Assembly: GCF_023055435.1 (NCBI RefSeq)
Contig: NW_025963846.1
Coordinates: 26,536,001 to 26,600,000, forward strand
From: Haliotis rufescens
Taxonomy: Eukaryota
DNA: 64,000 nt
Direction: 5' to 3'
The notes under the pieces are model-generated. The model was not told the origin of the DNA and did not search any database. It saw nothing but the letters and a program-made list of their open reading frames with translations. Shown piece after piece: positions 50,746 to 63,404 of the stretch. The translations under genes and the position numbers were made by a program. The stretch's first letter is position 1; each line of letters starts with the position of its first letter.

Positions 50746-50885
50746 ACAAAAACAAGGTCTAAGGCCGCTTGCAGGTAGGGGCATCCCGATCAGCTGTAGC
50801 CATGTTTTTTAAGGAAGCGCCCAGCACCATCACGTGGCTATGGGATCGGTTGCAACAGCATGGGTCAACACGTCATCGGCTCAAC
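50721..50885 (+). mobile_element. Tc1 transposase N-terminal HTH fragment
   Basis: GRLQVGASRSAVAMFFKEAPSTITWLWDRLQQHGSTRHR aligns with the Tc1 start at 41252. Confidence 0.75.
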
Positions 50886-51913
50886 GATACATATTCTGTT
50901 ATTTTAGTATGTACGGTTTTGTTCAACACATCTATGGATGGAAACTGGTCAGTTTTCATAAAGTGAACTATTGTCGTCCATAATTCATACTTTTTTGCAA
51001 ATTGAGTGTGTTTCAGACTTACTTTTGTCACTCCCTTTTATATATTGAGCACACTTGAAATAGAACCCTTTCCATGGCATATCTGTGGTTGCTTCTACAC
51101 ATCCTCCCAAGGATTGAGTCAAAAGATACGATCATCTGTGTCATAATTAGGTCTGTGTTTAAAGATTCTTTCTAATAGTCAACTTTCCATTCATGTCGAG
51201 CAATATTTCAGACGCTCCTGCTGTTTGTGTTTTCATTTCCTAAGTTTTGAGGTACAATCGAGCATGCTCATTCTTCGAAGATTTCAAAGAGCATCCTACG
51301 ACTCTTGCTCAAAGCTGTTACAGCATCCAAGGCCTGTGGATGTGGAGGACATTTCCAAATTTGCGCATCAATGACAAAACTAATGTTCAATGCAATTTAC
51401 TTTTGTCACCTGTACAATATGTTTTTTTCAGGTAAAACATTGACTTGCCTTTGTAGTTACCACAGTTACCTTGTTTCACTGACATTTAGAAATAGTAAGT
51501 TGCCTGTGGACAACTGACTGACTTTGTATGTATTTGTGACGGGTGACACTGTTGGAGCAGGATACGTGAACCATTCTGCAAACACCTGGCTTCATCAATA
51601 TTTGATAATTGTGTAGAAAGGATTTTGTCACTTTTATTCGTTTTGTTCACTTGGATGGGCGAGGATATTCGTGAACGAACTTGAAGTATCTGAGCAATTT
51701 GCATGGACTATGGAAACCCCTCAGTGCCAGAATCAATAGGAAATTGGTTATGGTTTTTTTTACACGAGAAAAACTGCTTTGAACAGCATTGCCATGGCCT
51801 GTTAAATGAACTTGGAAATCTTACCTAATTATGTGTTAACTCATATATCAACAGACTCCTTTCTTGTTGTGCAAGTATGTTAGAAGTCACAGTCACGTTT
51901 ATCTTTGTTGCAG

Positions 51914-52003
51914 GATAAATGTCATCACGAACGTGAAGTCACGCAAGAAGACATCTTATACATCGTGCGGGTTCTTGTGGTTGAGTCGGTGCAGCAAATA
52001 CAG
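51914..52003 (+). CDS. Gene copy B exon 2, EMI-like tip (INVITNVKSRKKTSYTSCGFLWLSRCSKY)
   Basis: ttgcag|...|gtaata, phase 2-2; paralog of 7583-7666. Confidence 0.85.
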
Positions 52004-52835
52004 GTAATAGCCGGCTGTCATACAGGTATTGATCAGATGTAATACATGTATTCACTGCTTAACATATATTGTCATATATGTATTGACTAACTGCTATACA
52101 GGTAGTCAGCAACTGTTGTACAGGTATAGATCAACTGTCACACAGGTAATCACTAACCGCCATACAAGTAATTACAAACTGCCATACAGGTAAATCACTA
52201 ACTCTCATATGGATAATCTTTTACTGGCATACAGGTAATTACTAATTGGCATACAGGTAATGACCAACTGCCATACAGATAATCACCAACCGTTATGCAG
52301 GTAAATCACTAACTGCCATATAGATGTTCACTTACTGTCATACATGTAATCACAAATTGTGACTAACTTCAATACAGGTAATCACTAACTATCACGCAGG
52401 TAAACACTTACTGCCATATAGGTAATGACCAGCTGACATACAGGTAATCACAAACTGTTATACAGGTAACTCACTTACTGCCATTACAGATATGCACTTA
52501 CTGTCATGCAGGTAATCACTAATTATCACGCAGGTAATGACTAATTGTCACGCAGATAATCACAATCTACCATATATACGAACACTCTCATACAGGCAAA
52601 CTCTAACTGTCATACAGGTAAACACTAACTATCATACAGGTAACCACTAACTGTCATACAGTTAATCACCAATGGTCGTACAGGTAATCACTAACTGTCA
52701 TAAAGATAATGACCAGCTGTCATATAGATAACCACTAACTGGCATACAGGTAATGGTCAACTGTCGTACAGATAATCACTGGCTGCTATACAGGTAATAT
52801 CCAATTGCCATACAGATAATCACCAACTGTCATAT
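52004..52835. repeat. 22-bp donor-derived minisatellite, short version
   Basis: Same unit as 7667-11075. Confidence 0.92.
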
Positions 52836-52859
52836 ATATATTGTGGTACGCAACAGATT

Positions 52860-54250
52860 AACATTAACAACAACAGGTAATGGATAACAAGAAGCACACA
52901 GATAATTTGATGAAGTCAGATGTACAGTGAGGATTAAAATGTTGTAACAGGCTAAGAGAGAGTATTTATGGTTGTCAGCTTCTTTATTCCGAGGAACGCT
53001 ACATTTTCGGAGTTAGAAAGTACAAGTGAGCATTGGCATCAGAAGATACCAGCCGGCTCTGAACCGTGACCAGGGAACGTATCTGCCTTGTGCTTGACTT
53101 ATTGATTACTTCAGCTGTGCCACGATCTATCTGTCGCATTATGCCCCTATGCAGACTAATTAATCCTGCTGGCTTCTATTTGTCCAGGGGTAATTCACCT
53201 CTGCCCTCCAATCTGTCCATTGCTCGTTTACCAAGCAGTGCTAATTTATCTCCTGGCTTCTATCTGTCCATTGCTAAAGACCAATCAGCCGATATTCAAC
53301 TGTTGAATTGTTAAGTTTCCACCATTTTTATCTATTTATTTGTGTGGTTTTCACATGTACATATATATGCTCTCTGCATCATAGCATTCATTCACCAGGT
53401 GAAGGAATAAGCACGTACTCCGAAACGTGTGTTCCTCATAATAAAGAAGTTGACATCAATAAGTTATCTCTTGTGTGTGTCACCTCTAGATGCCATTCAA
53501 AGCCTTGTAACAAGTCGATTGGTTACTCATATGCATTAGAAAGTGTGTGTTATTTGATAAGATCGTCATAGGCAGACTGGATGTAATACTCTTGATCTCT
53601 ATTGATGAAACGTTGATGACGGTGGATGTTATTGTTTTATGTGAGAGTTTTTTGTGAAGACCTGATGTTTGGTAGAGAGGGTTTGGACTTTGTCAAACTG
53701 ATGGTTGGAAAACATTTGCCGGGGGTCTGAGAGGGCTGATTTGCTCAGGCTTTTGAAGTTTAAGGTTCTTTGATGCGGGTAACTACAGATCACATCGTGT
53801 TGGGGGAACGGTTGTGGCCATTGGCGTGGATGATTCTACTTAGGGATTGGGCGATAGTGAAGAGGGTATAAATGACTGCCCGGTGCTAAGGTAATCTGCT
53901 GATTTGATGTGAAATCTTGCTTAATCTAGTGTAGAGTGATTCTGATGGGGGCGGATCCTGGTCTGGGTTGTTTGGGTTTGGGCTGGAGTGTGACTAGTTT
54001 GGTAGGATACTGGTTAAGGTTGGGTAAGACATGCTCCCGATGATTAGGCTCATGGTTAAGGTCAAAGTTGCAGGAGCAGATGTATTCTTTTCTCTTGGTC
54101 AGTGTGAAGTTGATGCCGTACTTCGTTTGGGGGATGGATAGAGTTGAAGTGAATTTCCTGGTCAGAATTAGTAGACTTCCTGTGTGGTTGTAATCTTGTT
54201 ACTGGGGTCTGTCGATACAAGAACGTCAAGGGAGGGGAGTTGTTGCTTGT
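52860..54250. mobile_element. Penelope-like remnant, paralog of 11140-12450
   Basis: IRRYQPALNRDQGTYLP; retains an extra segment of about 130 bp at 53390-53520 that is absent in copy A. Confidence 0.75.
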
Positions 54251-54384
54251 TCTCTGTTTCCATGGTGAATTGACTCCGGGTGTTGAGGTGCTGGAGTAGT
54301 GAGATGGGATTCTGTTCTTTTGAACATGACGACTAACGTGTGGCAGTGCCAGGTGGCATTGGGGATGTGAAGAGGGCTTCTTCT

Positions 54385-57300
54385 ATGTCTCTGTATGGGC
54401 ACCATGTCTCTGTGTACAGATAGTGTATGTTGTACATACATGGGTTCTATATCTCTGTGTACAGATAGTCAGTATGTTGTACATACATGAGATCTATCTC
54501 TCTGTGTACAGGTAGTGTAGGTTGTACATACATGGGATCTATCTCTCTGTGTACATATAGTGTAGGTTGTATATGCATGGGATCTATCTCCCTGTGTAAA
54601 GGTAGTGTAGGTTGTACATACATGGCATCTATCTCTCTGTGTACAGGTAGTGTAGGTTGTACATATATGGGATCTATCTCTCTGTGTACAGATAGTGTAG
54701 GTTGTACATACATAGGATCTGTCTCCCTGTGTACAGGTAGTGTAGGTCGTACATACATGGGATCTATCTCTCTGTGTACAGGTAGTGTAGGGTGTACATA
54801 CATCGGATCTGTCTCTCTTTGTACAGTCAGTGTAGGTTGTACATACATGGGATCTATCTCTCTGTGTACAGATAGTGTAGGTTGTACATACATGGCATCT
54901 ATCTCTCTGTGTACAGGTAGTGTAGGTTGTACATACATGGGATCTATCTCTCTGTGTACAGATAGTGTAGGTTGTACATACATAGGATCTATCTCTCTGT
55001 GTACATATAGTATAGGTCGTACATACATGGGATCTATCTCCCTGTGTACAGTCAGTGTAGGTTTTACATACATGGGATCTATCTCCCTGTGTACAGGTAG
55101 TGTAGGTCGTGCATACAATGGATCTATCGCTCTGTGCACAGGTAGTGTAGGTTGTACATACATGCGATCTATCTCTCTGTGTACAGATAGTGTAGGTCGT
55201 ACATGAATGGGATCTATCTCTCTGTGTACAGGTAGTGCAGGTCGTACATACATTGGATCTATCTCCCTGTGTACAGGTAGTGTAGGTCGTACATACATGG
55301 GATCTATCTCCCTGTCTACAGGTAGTGTAGGTCGAACATACATGGGATCTATCTCCCTGTGTACAGGTAGTGCAGGTCGTACATACATGGGATCTATCTC
55401 CCTTTGTACAGGTAGTGTAGGTCGTGCATACATGGGATCTATCTCTCTGTGTACAGGTAGTGTAGGTTGTACATACATATGATCTATCTCTCTGTGTACA
55501 GATAGTGTAGGTTGTACATGGGATCTATCTCTCTGTGTACAGGTAGTGTAGGTTGTACATACATATGATCTATCTCTCTGTGTACAGATAGTGTAGGTTG
55601 TACATATGATCTATCTCTCTGTGTACAGGTAGTGTAGGTTGTACATATGATCTATCTCTCTGTGTACAGATAGTGTAGGTTGTACATATGATCTATCTCT
55701 CTGTGTACAGATAGTGTAGGTTGTACATACATGGGATCTATCTCTCTGTGTACAGATAGTGTAGGTTGTACATATGATCTATCTCTCTGTGTACAGATAG
55801 TGTAGGTTGTACATACATGGGATCTATCTCTCTGTGTACAGATAGTGTAGGTTGTACATATGATCTATCTCTCTGTGTACAGGTAGTGTAGGTTGTACAT
55901 ATGATCTATCTCTCTGTGTACAGATAGTGTAGGTTGTACATATGATCTATCTCTCTGTGTACAGGTAGTGTAGGTTGTACATATGATCTATCTCTCTGTG
56001 TACAGATAGTGTAGGTTGTACATATGATCTATCTCTCTGTGTACAGATAGTGTAGGTTGTACATGGGATCTACCTCTCTGTGTACAGATAGTGTAGGTTG
56101 TACATATGATCTATCTCTCTGTGTACAGATAGTGTAGGTTGTACATACATGGGATCTATCTCTCTGTGTACAGATAGTGTAGGTTGTACATGGGATCTAC
56201 CTCTCTGTGTACAGGTAGTGTAGGTTGTACATAAATGGGATCTATCTCCTTGTGTACAGATAGTGTAGGTTGTACATGAATGGGATCTATCTCCTTGTGT
56301 ACAGATAGTGTAGGTTGTACATGAATGGGATCTATCTCCTTGTGTACAGGTAGTGTAGGTCGTACATACATGGGATCTATCTCCCTGTGTACAGGTAGTG
56401 CAGGTCGTACATACATGGGATCTATCTCCCTTTGTACAGGTAGTGTAGGTCGTGCATACATGGGATCTATCTCTCTGTGTACAGGTAGTGTAGGTTGTAC
56501 ATACATGGGATCTATCTCTCTGTGTACAGATAGTGTAGGTTGTACATGGGATCTACCTCTCTGTGTACAGGTAGTGTAGGTTGTACATAAATGGGATCTA
56601 TCTCCTTGTGTACAGATAGTGTAGGTTGTACATAAATGGGATCTATCTCCTTGTGTACAGATAGTGTAGGTTGTACATGAATGGGATCTATCTCCTTGTG
56701 TACAGGTAGTGTAGGTTGTACATGAATGGGATCTATCTCCTTGTGTACAGGTAGTGTAGGTTGTACATGAATGGGATCTACCTCTCTGTGTACAGATAGT
56801 GCAGGTCGTACATACATGGGATCTATCTCCCTTTGTACAGGTAGTGTAGGTCGTGCATACATGGGATCTATCTCTCTGTGTACAGGTAGTGTAGGTTGTA
56901 CATACATATGATCTATCTCTCTGTGTACAGATAGTGTAGGTTGTACATACATGGGATCTATCTCTCTGTGTACAGATAGTGTAGGTTGTACATACATATG
57001 ATCTATCTCTCTGTGTACAGATAGTGTAGGTTGTACATGGGATCTACCTCTCTGTGTACAGGTAGTGTAGGTTGTACATAAATGGGATATATCTCTCTGT
57101 GTACAGATAGTGTAGGTTGTACATGGGATCTACCTCTCTGTGTACAGGTAGTGTAGGTTGTACATAAATGGGATATATCTCTCTGTGTACAGGTAGTGTA
57201 GGTTGTACATAAATGGGATATATCTCTGTTTTCACAGGTAATGTAGGTTGTACATGAATGGGATCTATCTCCTTGTGTACAGATAGTGTAGGTTGTACAT

Positions 57301-57968
57301 GAATGGGATCTATCTCCTTGTGTACAGGTAGTGTAGGTTGTACATACATTGGATCTATCTCTCTATGTACAGGTAGTGTAGTGTGTACATACATGGGATC
57401 TGCCTCCATGTGAATGAGTGAGTATGGTTTTACGCTTTAACCACTAGGCTACCCGACCGCCCCCTATCTCCTTGTGTACAGATAGTGTAGGTTGTACATG
57501 AATGGGATCTATCTCCTTGTGTACAGGTAGTGTAGGTTGTACATGAATGGGATCTATCTCTCTGTGTACAGATAGTGTAGGTTGTACATACATTGGATCT
57601 ATCTCTCTATGTACAGGTAGTGTAGTGTGTACATACATGGGATCTACCTCCATGTGAATGAGTGAGTATGGTTTTACGCTTTAACCACTAGGCTACCCGA
57701 CCGCCCCCTATCTCCTTGTGTGCAGATAGTGTAGGTTGTACATGAATGGGATCTATCTCTCTGTGTACAGGTAGTGTAGGTCGTACATACATGGGATCTA
57801 TCTCTCTGTGTACAGGAAGTGTAGGGTGTACATACATGGGATCTATCTCTCTGTGTACAGGTAGTGTAGGGTGTACATATATGGGATCTATTTCTCTGTG
57901 TACAGATAGTGTATGTTGTACATACATGGGACCTATCTCTCTGTGTACAGGTAGTGTAGGTTGTACAT
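54385..57968. repeat. 45-bp minisatellite, expanded version (with 41-bp variants)
   Basis: Same unit as 12570-13113. Confidence 0.97.
57410..57708 (-). mobile_element. Two copies of a 55-bp internally deleted SINE co-amplified with the minisatellite
   Basis: Minus strand ggggcggtcgggtagcctagtggttaaagcg (A-box head) is fused directly to a ccatactcactcattcac tail; copies at 57410 and 57654. Confidence 0.7.
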
Positions 57969-59138
57969 GAATTTACATATTGGCTGTAATATATACACGC
58001 TTACAAAGGAAAAGACTTGTGAAAACAACGAGAATCGCGCATCGAAGAACTTCCCAACCAAGACGTAGAGGAACAAGAATGAATCTGTTGAATGACACAA
58101 CAAATGAAGGAAAACAAAACGCAAATATCATAATAACAACCTACCAAATTTATATCTATAATTTTAGGCAGCTTCCTTGTTTGAGGAATGTATCCCTGAA
58201 TATCCACATAAAGGAACAATATACCACACATCTGCAGCTGTACAAAGAAACTTATTCGATGTCACATGTCTCTGTAACAATCAAATATTTTAAACTATAT
58301 ATATGTACATATATCGTGTCGGCATATTATAACCCGTGTTCGTTTCTCAACTGATCACTTAGTTTGTTTCAGGTGTTTTGTATCCGTGTCAAGTCTCAAA
58401 GGTCAGCTGAGAAAGCCCGCGTGACAGCTATTTTCATAATGTCCACGGTTCTTAAAAAATTCCATTGAGTTAGATAACAATTAGCAATCAATCAACGTAT
58501 TAACCCTTTGAACAAAGTATGTTGTTTTACATCGGCACTTCACGCCATGATATGAATGTATTCCCTTTGCTTTAGTAAACCTAGACATGTAAACACTTAC
58601 TTTTGACATATCCATCAACAGTGATTAATCCACCAACGTATTTTCTGTTAATCCTTTGATGGCTAGGAATGATCTGTTTATTTAAAAGAAAGAGTAAATT
58701 AACTGATCATTCATGCCCTGCCACGTGCATATTACATAACACACATTTCACCTCACTTCACACCTGGATTCAGATTGAATACTTACCCCAGACACAAGAT
58801 ATGCCAAATGGGAACCTTTATCACTAACTATACCTGTAATAAATTCATAAACTGGGCAGCAAATGAATGACGACAAATACCCAAGTGTAGAGTATACCAG
58901 AAAACGTGGATGGCAACAAGGGAGTAGGAATCTATTATTCAGGCAATCCGAAATCCGAAAATGCTTTCACTGCAGGGATGCTTTTTTTATATATTAATAA
59001 ACTATAACCATCAGGGGTATTTCCAAATGACGACATCCGATGAGCCTCGGCCGGTTTTTTTCTCTTTGTTTAGGTTGAATCAATTAATTAACATGCGCCC
59101 TTTGTTGATTTCTTTATAGATCACAGGTAACCAATCAG

Positions 59139-62100
59139 CCCAGCAAACACGAAACTGTTATATAAAACATTCCTAAAACATTTTCCAAAACGTTCCGGAA
59201 ATGCTTTAAAAAATGTTTTCTTCACGTGATTTTGTATGGTTTTAGAAACATTTTCCAAAAGTGTTTTTGTAAAATATTGCAGAAATCCTTTGAAAACGTT
59301 TTGTTCAGGTGAATTTGTCTGGTTCCAGAAACGTTTTTTAAAAAAAACCCCATTCTGTGAGCATTTGATTATATCGATTCTAAAATGTTTCTGTAAAATA
59401 TTCCAAAATACTTTTGGAAACGTTTTATTCACGTGAATTTGTATGGCTCCGGAAACGTTTAAGAGAACGTTTTCTGTGAACATTTGGTTATAACGTTTCT
59501 AAAATGTTTTGAAAACGAACCAGAGTGTTGGTAAAGCCCAGTGTTTTGCTGCCAATGTTCAAAACATACAACACCCAGTCACTGTTAACAAGATACAAAT
59601 AGTCAGGGACAGTACACCCTTCAGGCATGTACGGCAGAAAACACAATACCAATGACCGACCTGGTAATCCATGCCATGTCTTCAACATTCAATCAACAAT
59701 GAACTTCAAGACTCATTTCTGTGGAGATTTTAATATTTTTAGAAAAGTTTTACAACTTTCTAAATTATTGATTGTCAGAATCTTCTTTCTTTGGTTTTGC
59801 CTTGATCCACTTTTCTGAACCATAAAACAAAATCTGCAAAAATCTAAAGCAGGTATTTAATATATATATAAAAGTATCATGCATCATAATGAATAGAAAA
59901 AGTCGTACACAAGGAACACCCCAACCCACTTTACGGTCAGTGGCAGGTACAAATCCAATTCTTATCATTAATTTAAAGTCACAAAACCACCAAAAGATAC
60001 TTGATCTAGTAGCTCACAGTATTTAACAACAGTTTCTGCACCTACGTTTGCATCATTCACAGCCCCTGGTGTATTCGGTGTATTCCTCAATAACCTAACA
60101 TTTCCGTGTGTATTTCCTGGAATGCTGTTGTCTCCTTTTGCCTGAAGCAAAAACAAAAAATGTTCAACCTTATAACTTGAACTATATTCAACAAGCATCA
60201 AACTTTAATCCAAAGATGAAATATATTATGTAGGTTTATAACATTAATTTAATTCTGGAAACCCATTTGTCCAGAAACGCTCCATTCTGTGGCCAGGTTC
60301 GGTTAAAGGTATTTCCAAAATTCATCTTTGCTGATTTCATTGGGACCATCAGTGGTCCACACTAAGGAAGAAAACTGGAAAAAATAATGTTTTGAAATCT
60401 CGAAATTTGAACTATGTCGCCCATGGGCCTGCCCATACACATACATGCTGACATGGGCTATGAATACTAAAGTGACCGATTGCAAACGTCCTTTGTGAAT
60501 GTTTTCAAGGTCTTCATTGATGATATGAATTTAATTACGAGTTTCCCGTTGTCGTATGATCACATTCTCTTCTTTAGTCCCACCACATCAATCTTTACCT
60601 GTTGTGCGTGTGGGTGACAGGTGCAGTTGGTAAGACATAAAACATGTTCTGTACAGTATTCAAATATCAAGTGGTGTGTAAGTCCACGTGCAGCTACATG
60701 TAGTTTCATGGTTGTTTACACCAGGGCGTTTATGCATTGTGAACTTCATTTCAAAGCCACATTTAATAATGCGACTATTGCTAACAATAGATTGCAATGA
60801 CAGATCATGTTTGAAAAGAACTTGGTATCAACAAACCATGACATTAACATAACAAGGCCGGGATAAACACCTGGTTGTATTAGCCAACTTAAGTTTAACA
60901 GTGTCCCTCTACACAATATGATATGCCACAGGCTGACCCCTGGAATACCCTATAAATACACATTACGATCTGTATTCAACAGTCAAAGTCATTCATTGCT
61001 GATGTGAATTTGATGATTGCTCAAGTACATAAGGGAATATGATTTCTGCATATGCACATTGAAGTTTTCACTTCGATTATTGTGTAATGTGTTGGTTGGT
61101 TTCTGGTGCAGTTGTTAGGCTTTCAGGAATGTTATTGTGTAAACCCTCAGCCACCGAGGCTTCCACAAAAATGAAAATCCGACAAATGGTAGTGTAGGAG
61201 CGCGTTGTAAGCCACGAATCGCTTAGAGAAAGCAAATTAATCGCTTCAACAGTTCGAAGTGCATGTGCACTCTTCCAAAATGGCGGCGCAACTACCGCTT
61301 GGTTGCCTTGACGTAGAAGAACATAATAAAAGTCAGCCGCCATTTTGGTTTTAGAATGAAGCGACCTCAGCCAGTGATTGTTTCGCTTGCAAGCGTCTGA
61401 AAGTGAGGCACTGTTGTTAGGCGAATCGCTATACATCGCTTTTAAGTGATTCGCACTCTGCAAAGCACCCCGAGATCACATACGTTGTGTATCCCTCCCA
61501 TGGCCGAAAGCTATGAATACACAATGCCATTTAGAAAGTGGTCAAATGTAACAAATGTTATATTTACACAATGCCATTTAGATACTGCAAAGATAAGCGG
61601 ACACTGCTTTTGAAAATGAACTTAAACTGATGAAGGCATTTTGTCACAACATTTTAAAATTGTCTTCGAAACGTTTTTGTGATATAAGTCTTTACAAACG
61701 TTTTAAGAACATGTCAAAAACATATATTTTTGTGATACATTTTCAAAAACGTTTTAAAACATTTCAATAACTAGTCATGAAAAATAATTAATTGTGAGAG
61801 AATGCGTCTTTGACCATAGATCTGTATTTATTCACTTCTCAACGTCTCTCTCACGCCCCCGCAAAATATGTGCGACTAAATGTAATTGCCTGTAACACTG
61901 TGATCAGCAACAAACAACTCATGTGAAGTTTTGTCTTACTCATATTTGCTATATGTTCTTTAGACATTAAGTCTACAGATTAAACTGTAACTTCTGTGAA
62001 AATGTTTGATTACTGCATTACCAATCCACAGCCATAATCGGTACTCACTTAAATACATGGCGATACCATTTCATGAAAATATGTTCTAGCATAACATTTC

Positions 62101-62695
62101 TGCAATGTGTTGCAATAACAGTATCGCCTATGATATAGCATGATGTTCTTGAAAAACATTTCAACAACATTTTGAGTAATTATAAAACATTTACACCTTA
62201 TTCGAATGATTTTACATGTGTGTGCACAATGTATCTAAAACATGATGATAACATTTCGTGAAATATGTTCTGGCCAAACATTTCTGCAACGTGTTGAAAA
62301 CATTGTAATAACAGTGAAATAGTTTCGAACATGTTATAGCATGATGTTCTTGAAAAACATTTCAATAACATTTTGAGTAATTATAAAACATTTACACCTT
62401 ATTCGGATGATTTTACATGTGTTTGCACAATGTATTTAAAACATGATGATAACATTTCGTGAAATATGTTCTGGCAAAACATTTCTGCAATTTGTTGAAA
62501 ACATTGTCATAACATGTTATGAAATAGTTTCGCCTTTGATATAGCATGATGTTCTTAAATAAATTTTTGGAAACATTTCAATAACATTTTGAATAGATGT
62601 AAAATATTTCTAAAACTTTAATCAAATGTGTTGACGAAAATGTTTTTGAAAAACTACAATGAAATCTTTTTTGAAAATGTTATGAGTCAGCCGGG
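59139..62695. mobile_element. EnSpm/CMC-like DNA transposon derivative
   Basis: ag|cccagcaaacac...gagtcagccggg|ag (CCC/GGG termini, 2-bp TSD); dense subterminal aaaacatt/aaaacgtt repeats; 201-bp tandem unit at 62065-62600. Confidence 0.7.
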
Positions 62696-63404
62696 AGTGT
62701 TCAAAAATGCGTAAAACAAATATTGCCTCAAATTTTATTTATGCTGTCTTTACAGACGGCAGCTCACTCTCTTGTCACGCTCAGTTGCGTATGCGAGTAA
62801 ATCGACTCACGGCAGCTAGTGAGCCCCAGCGGCCAGTGTCAGACAGCCGAGGAAAGTTTTGCTCACATTGGGTCATTCCTGGTGATTGCAAATATAACGT
62901 TTTTCGTTCGCCAAATGTATGCTTTAGATAGTACAATTATGATTAAGCAGTCACCACCACTCATTTCTTATTATTTTACGAAGGAATATGCCCGATTTCC
63001 CCACACTCCACTTTCTATTTTGTGTTTTGTAAGAATAAGAGAAGGTGTTGTTTATCACTAATTATAAGAGGATATTGGAAATGAATATGAACAGCCATGT
63101 TGCCTGACTTTTGATCGATTTGAGATCCTCACAATCACCGTGACAGAATCTCGTTAGGTTTTGTGATTTTTACATTTGCCCGATGACCATAGTCAGTGTT
63201 GCTGGGGATACCAAAGTTAAGAGTTTATGATTAGAGGAAATTGGTTGCAATTAACTAGAATGCTTCATATTGACAAAATATATAAAAGCTAGATATGTGC
63301 CCATACCAAATATACACTGGTATTTGCTTAATAGTGCCAGTGTGGTTGATCAACAGAAGTATAACGCTTATTCACACTTGGTGTGGCAGAAATTGAACAT
63401 TATG

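Noticed and set aside
41340-50762. Long Cys/Pro-rich ORFs (up to 579 aa) resembling metallothionein or keratin-associated proteins
   Set aside because: They are translations of a 20-bp minisatellite, open in several frames, and lie in an intron.
57435-57464. tRNA-like A-box sequence
   Set aside because: SINE head only; no B-box or cloverleaf.
54447-57970. Repetitive ORFs MYVQPTLPVHREIDP / MGSISLCTGSVGCTY
   Set aside because: The 45-bp unit is a multiple of 3 and open on both strands, with no unique coding context.
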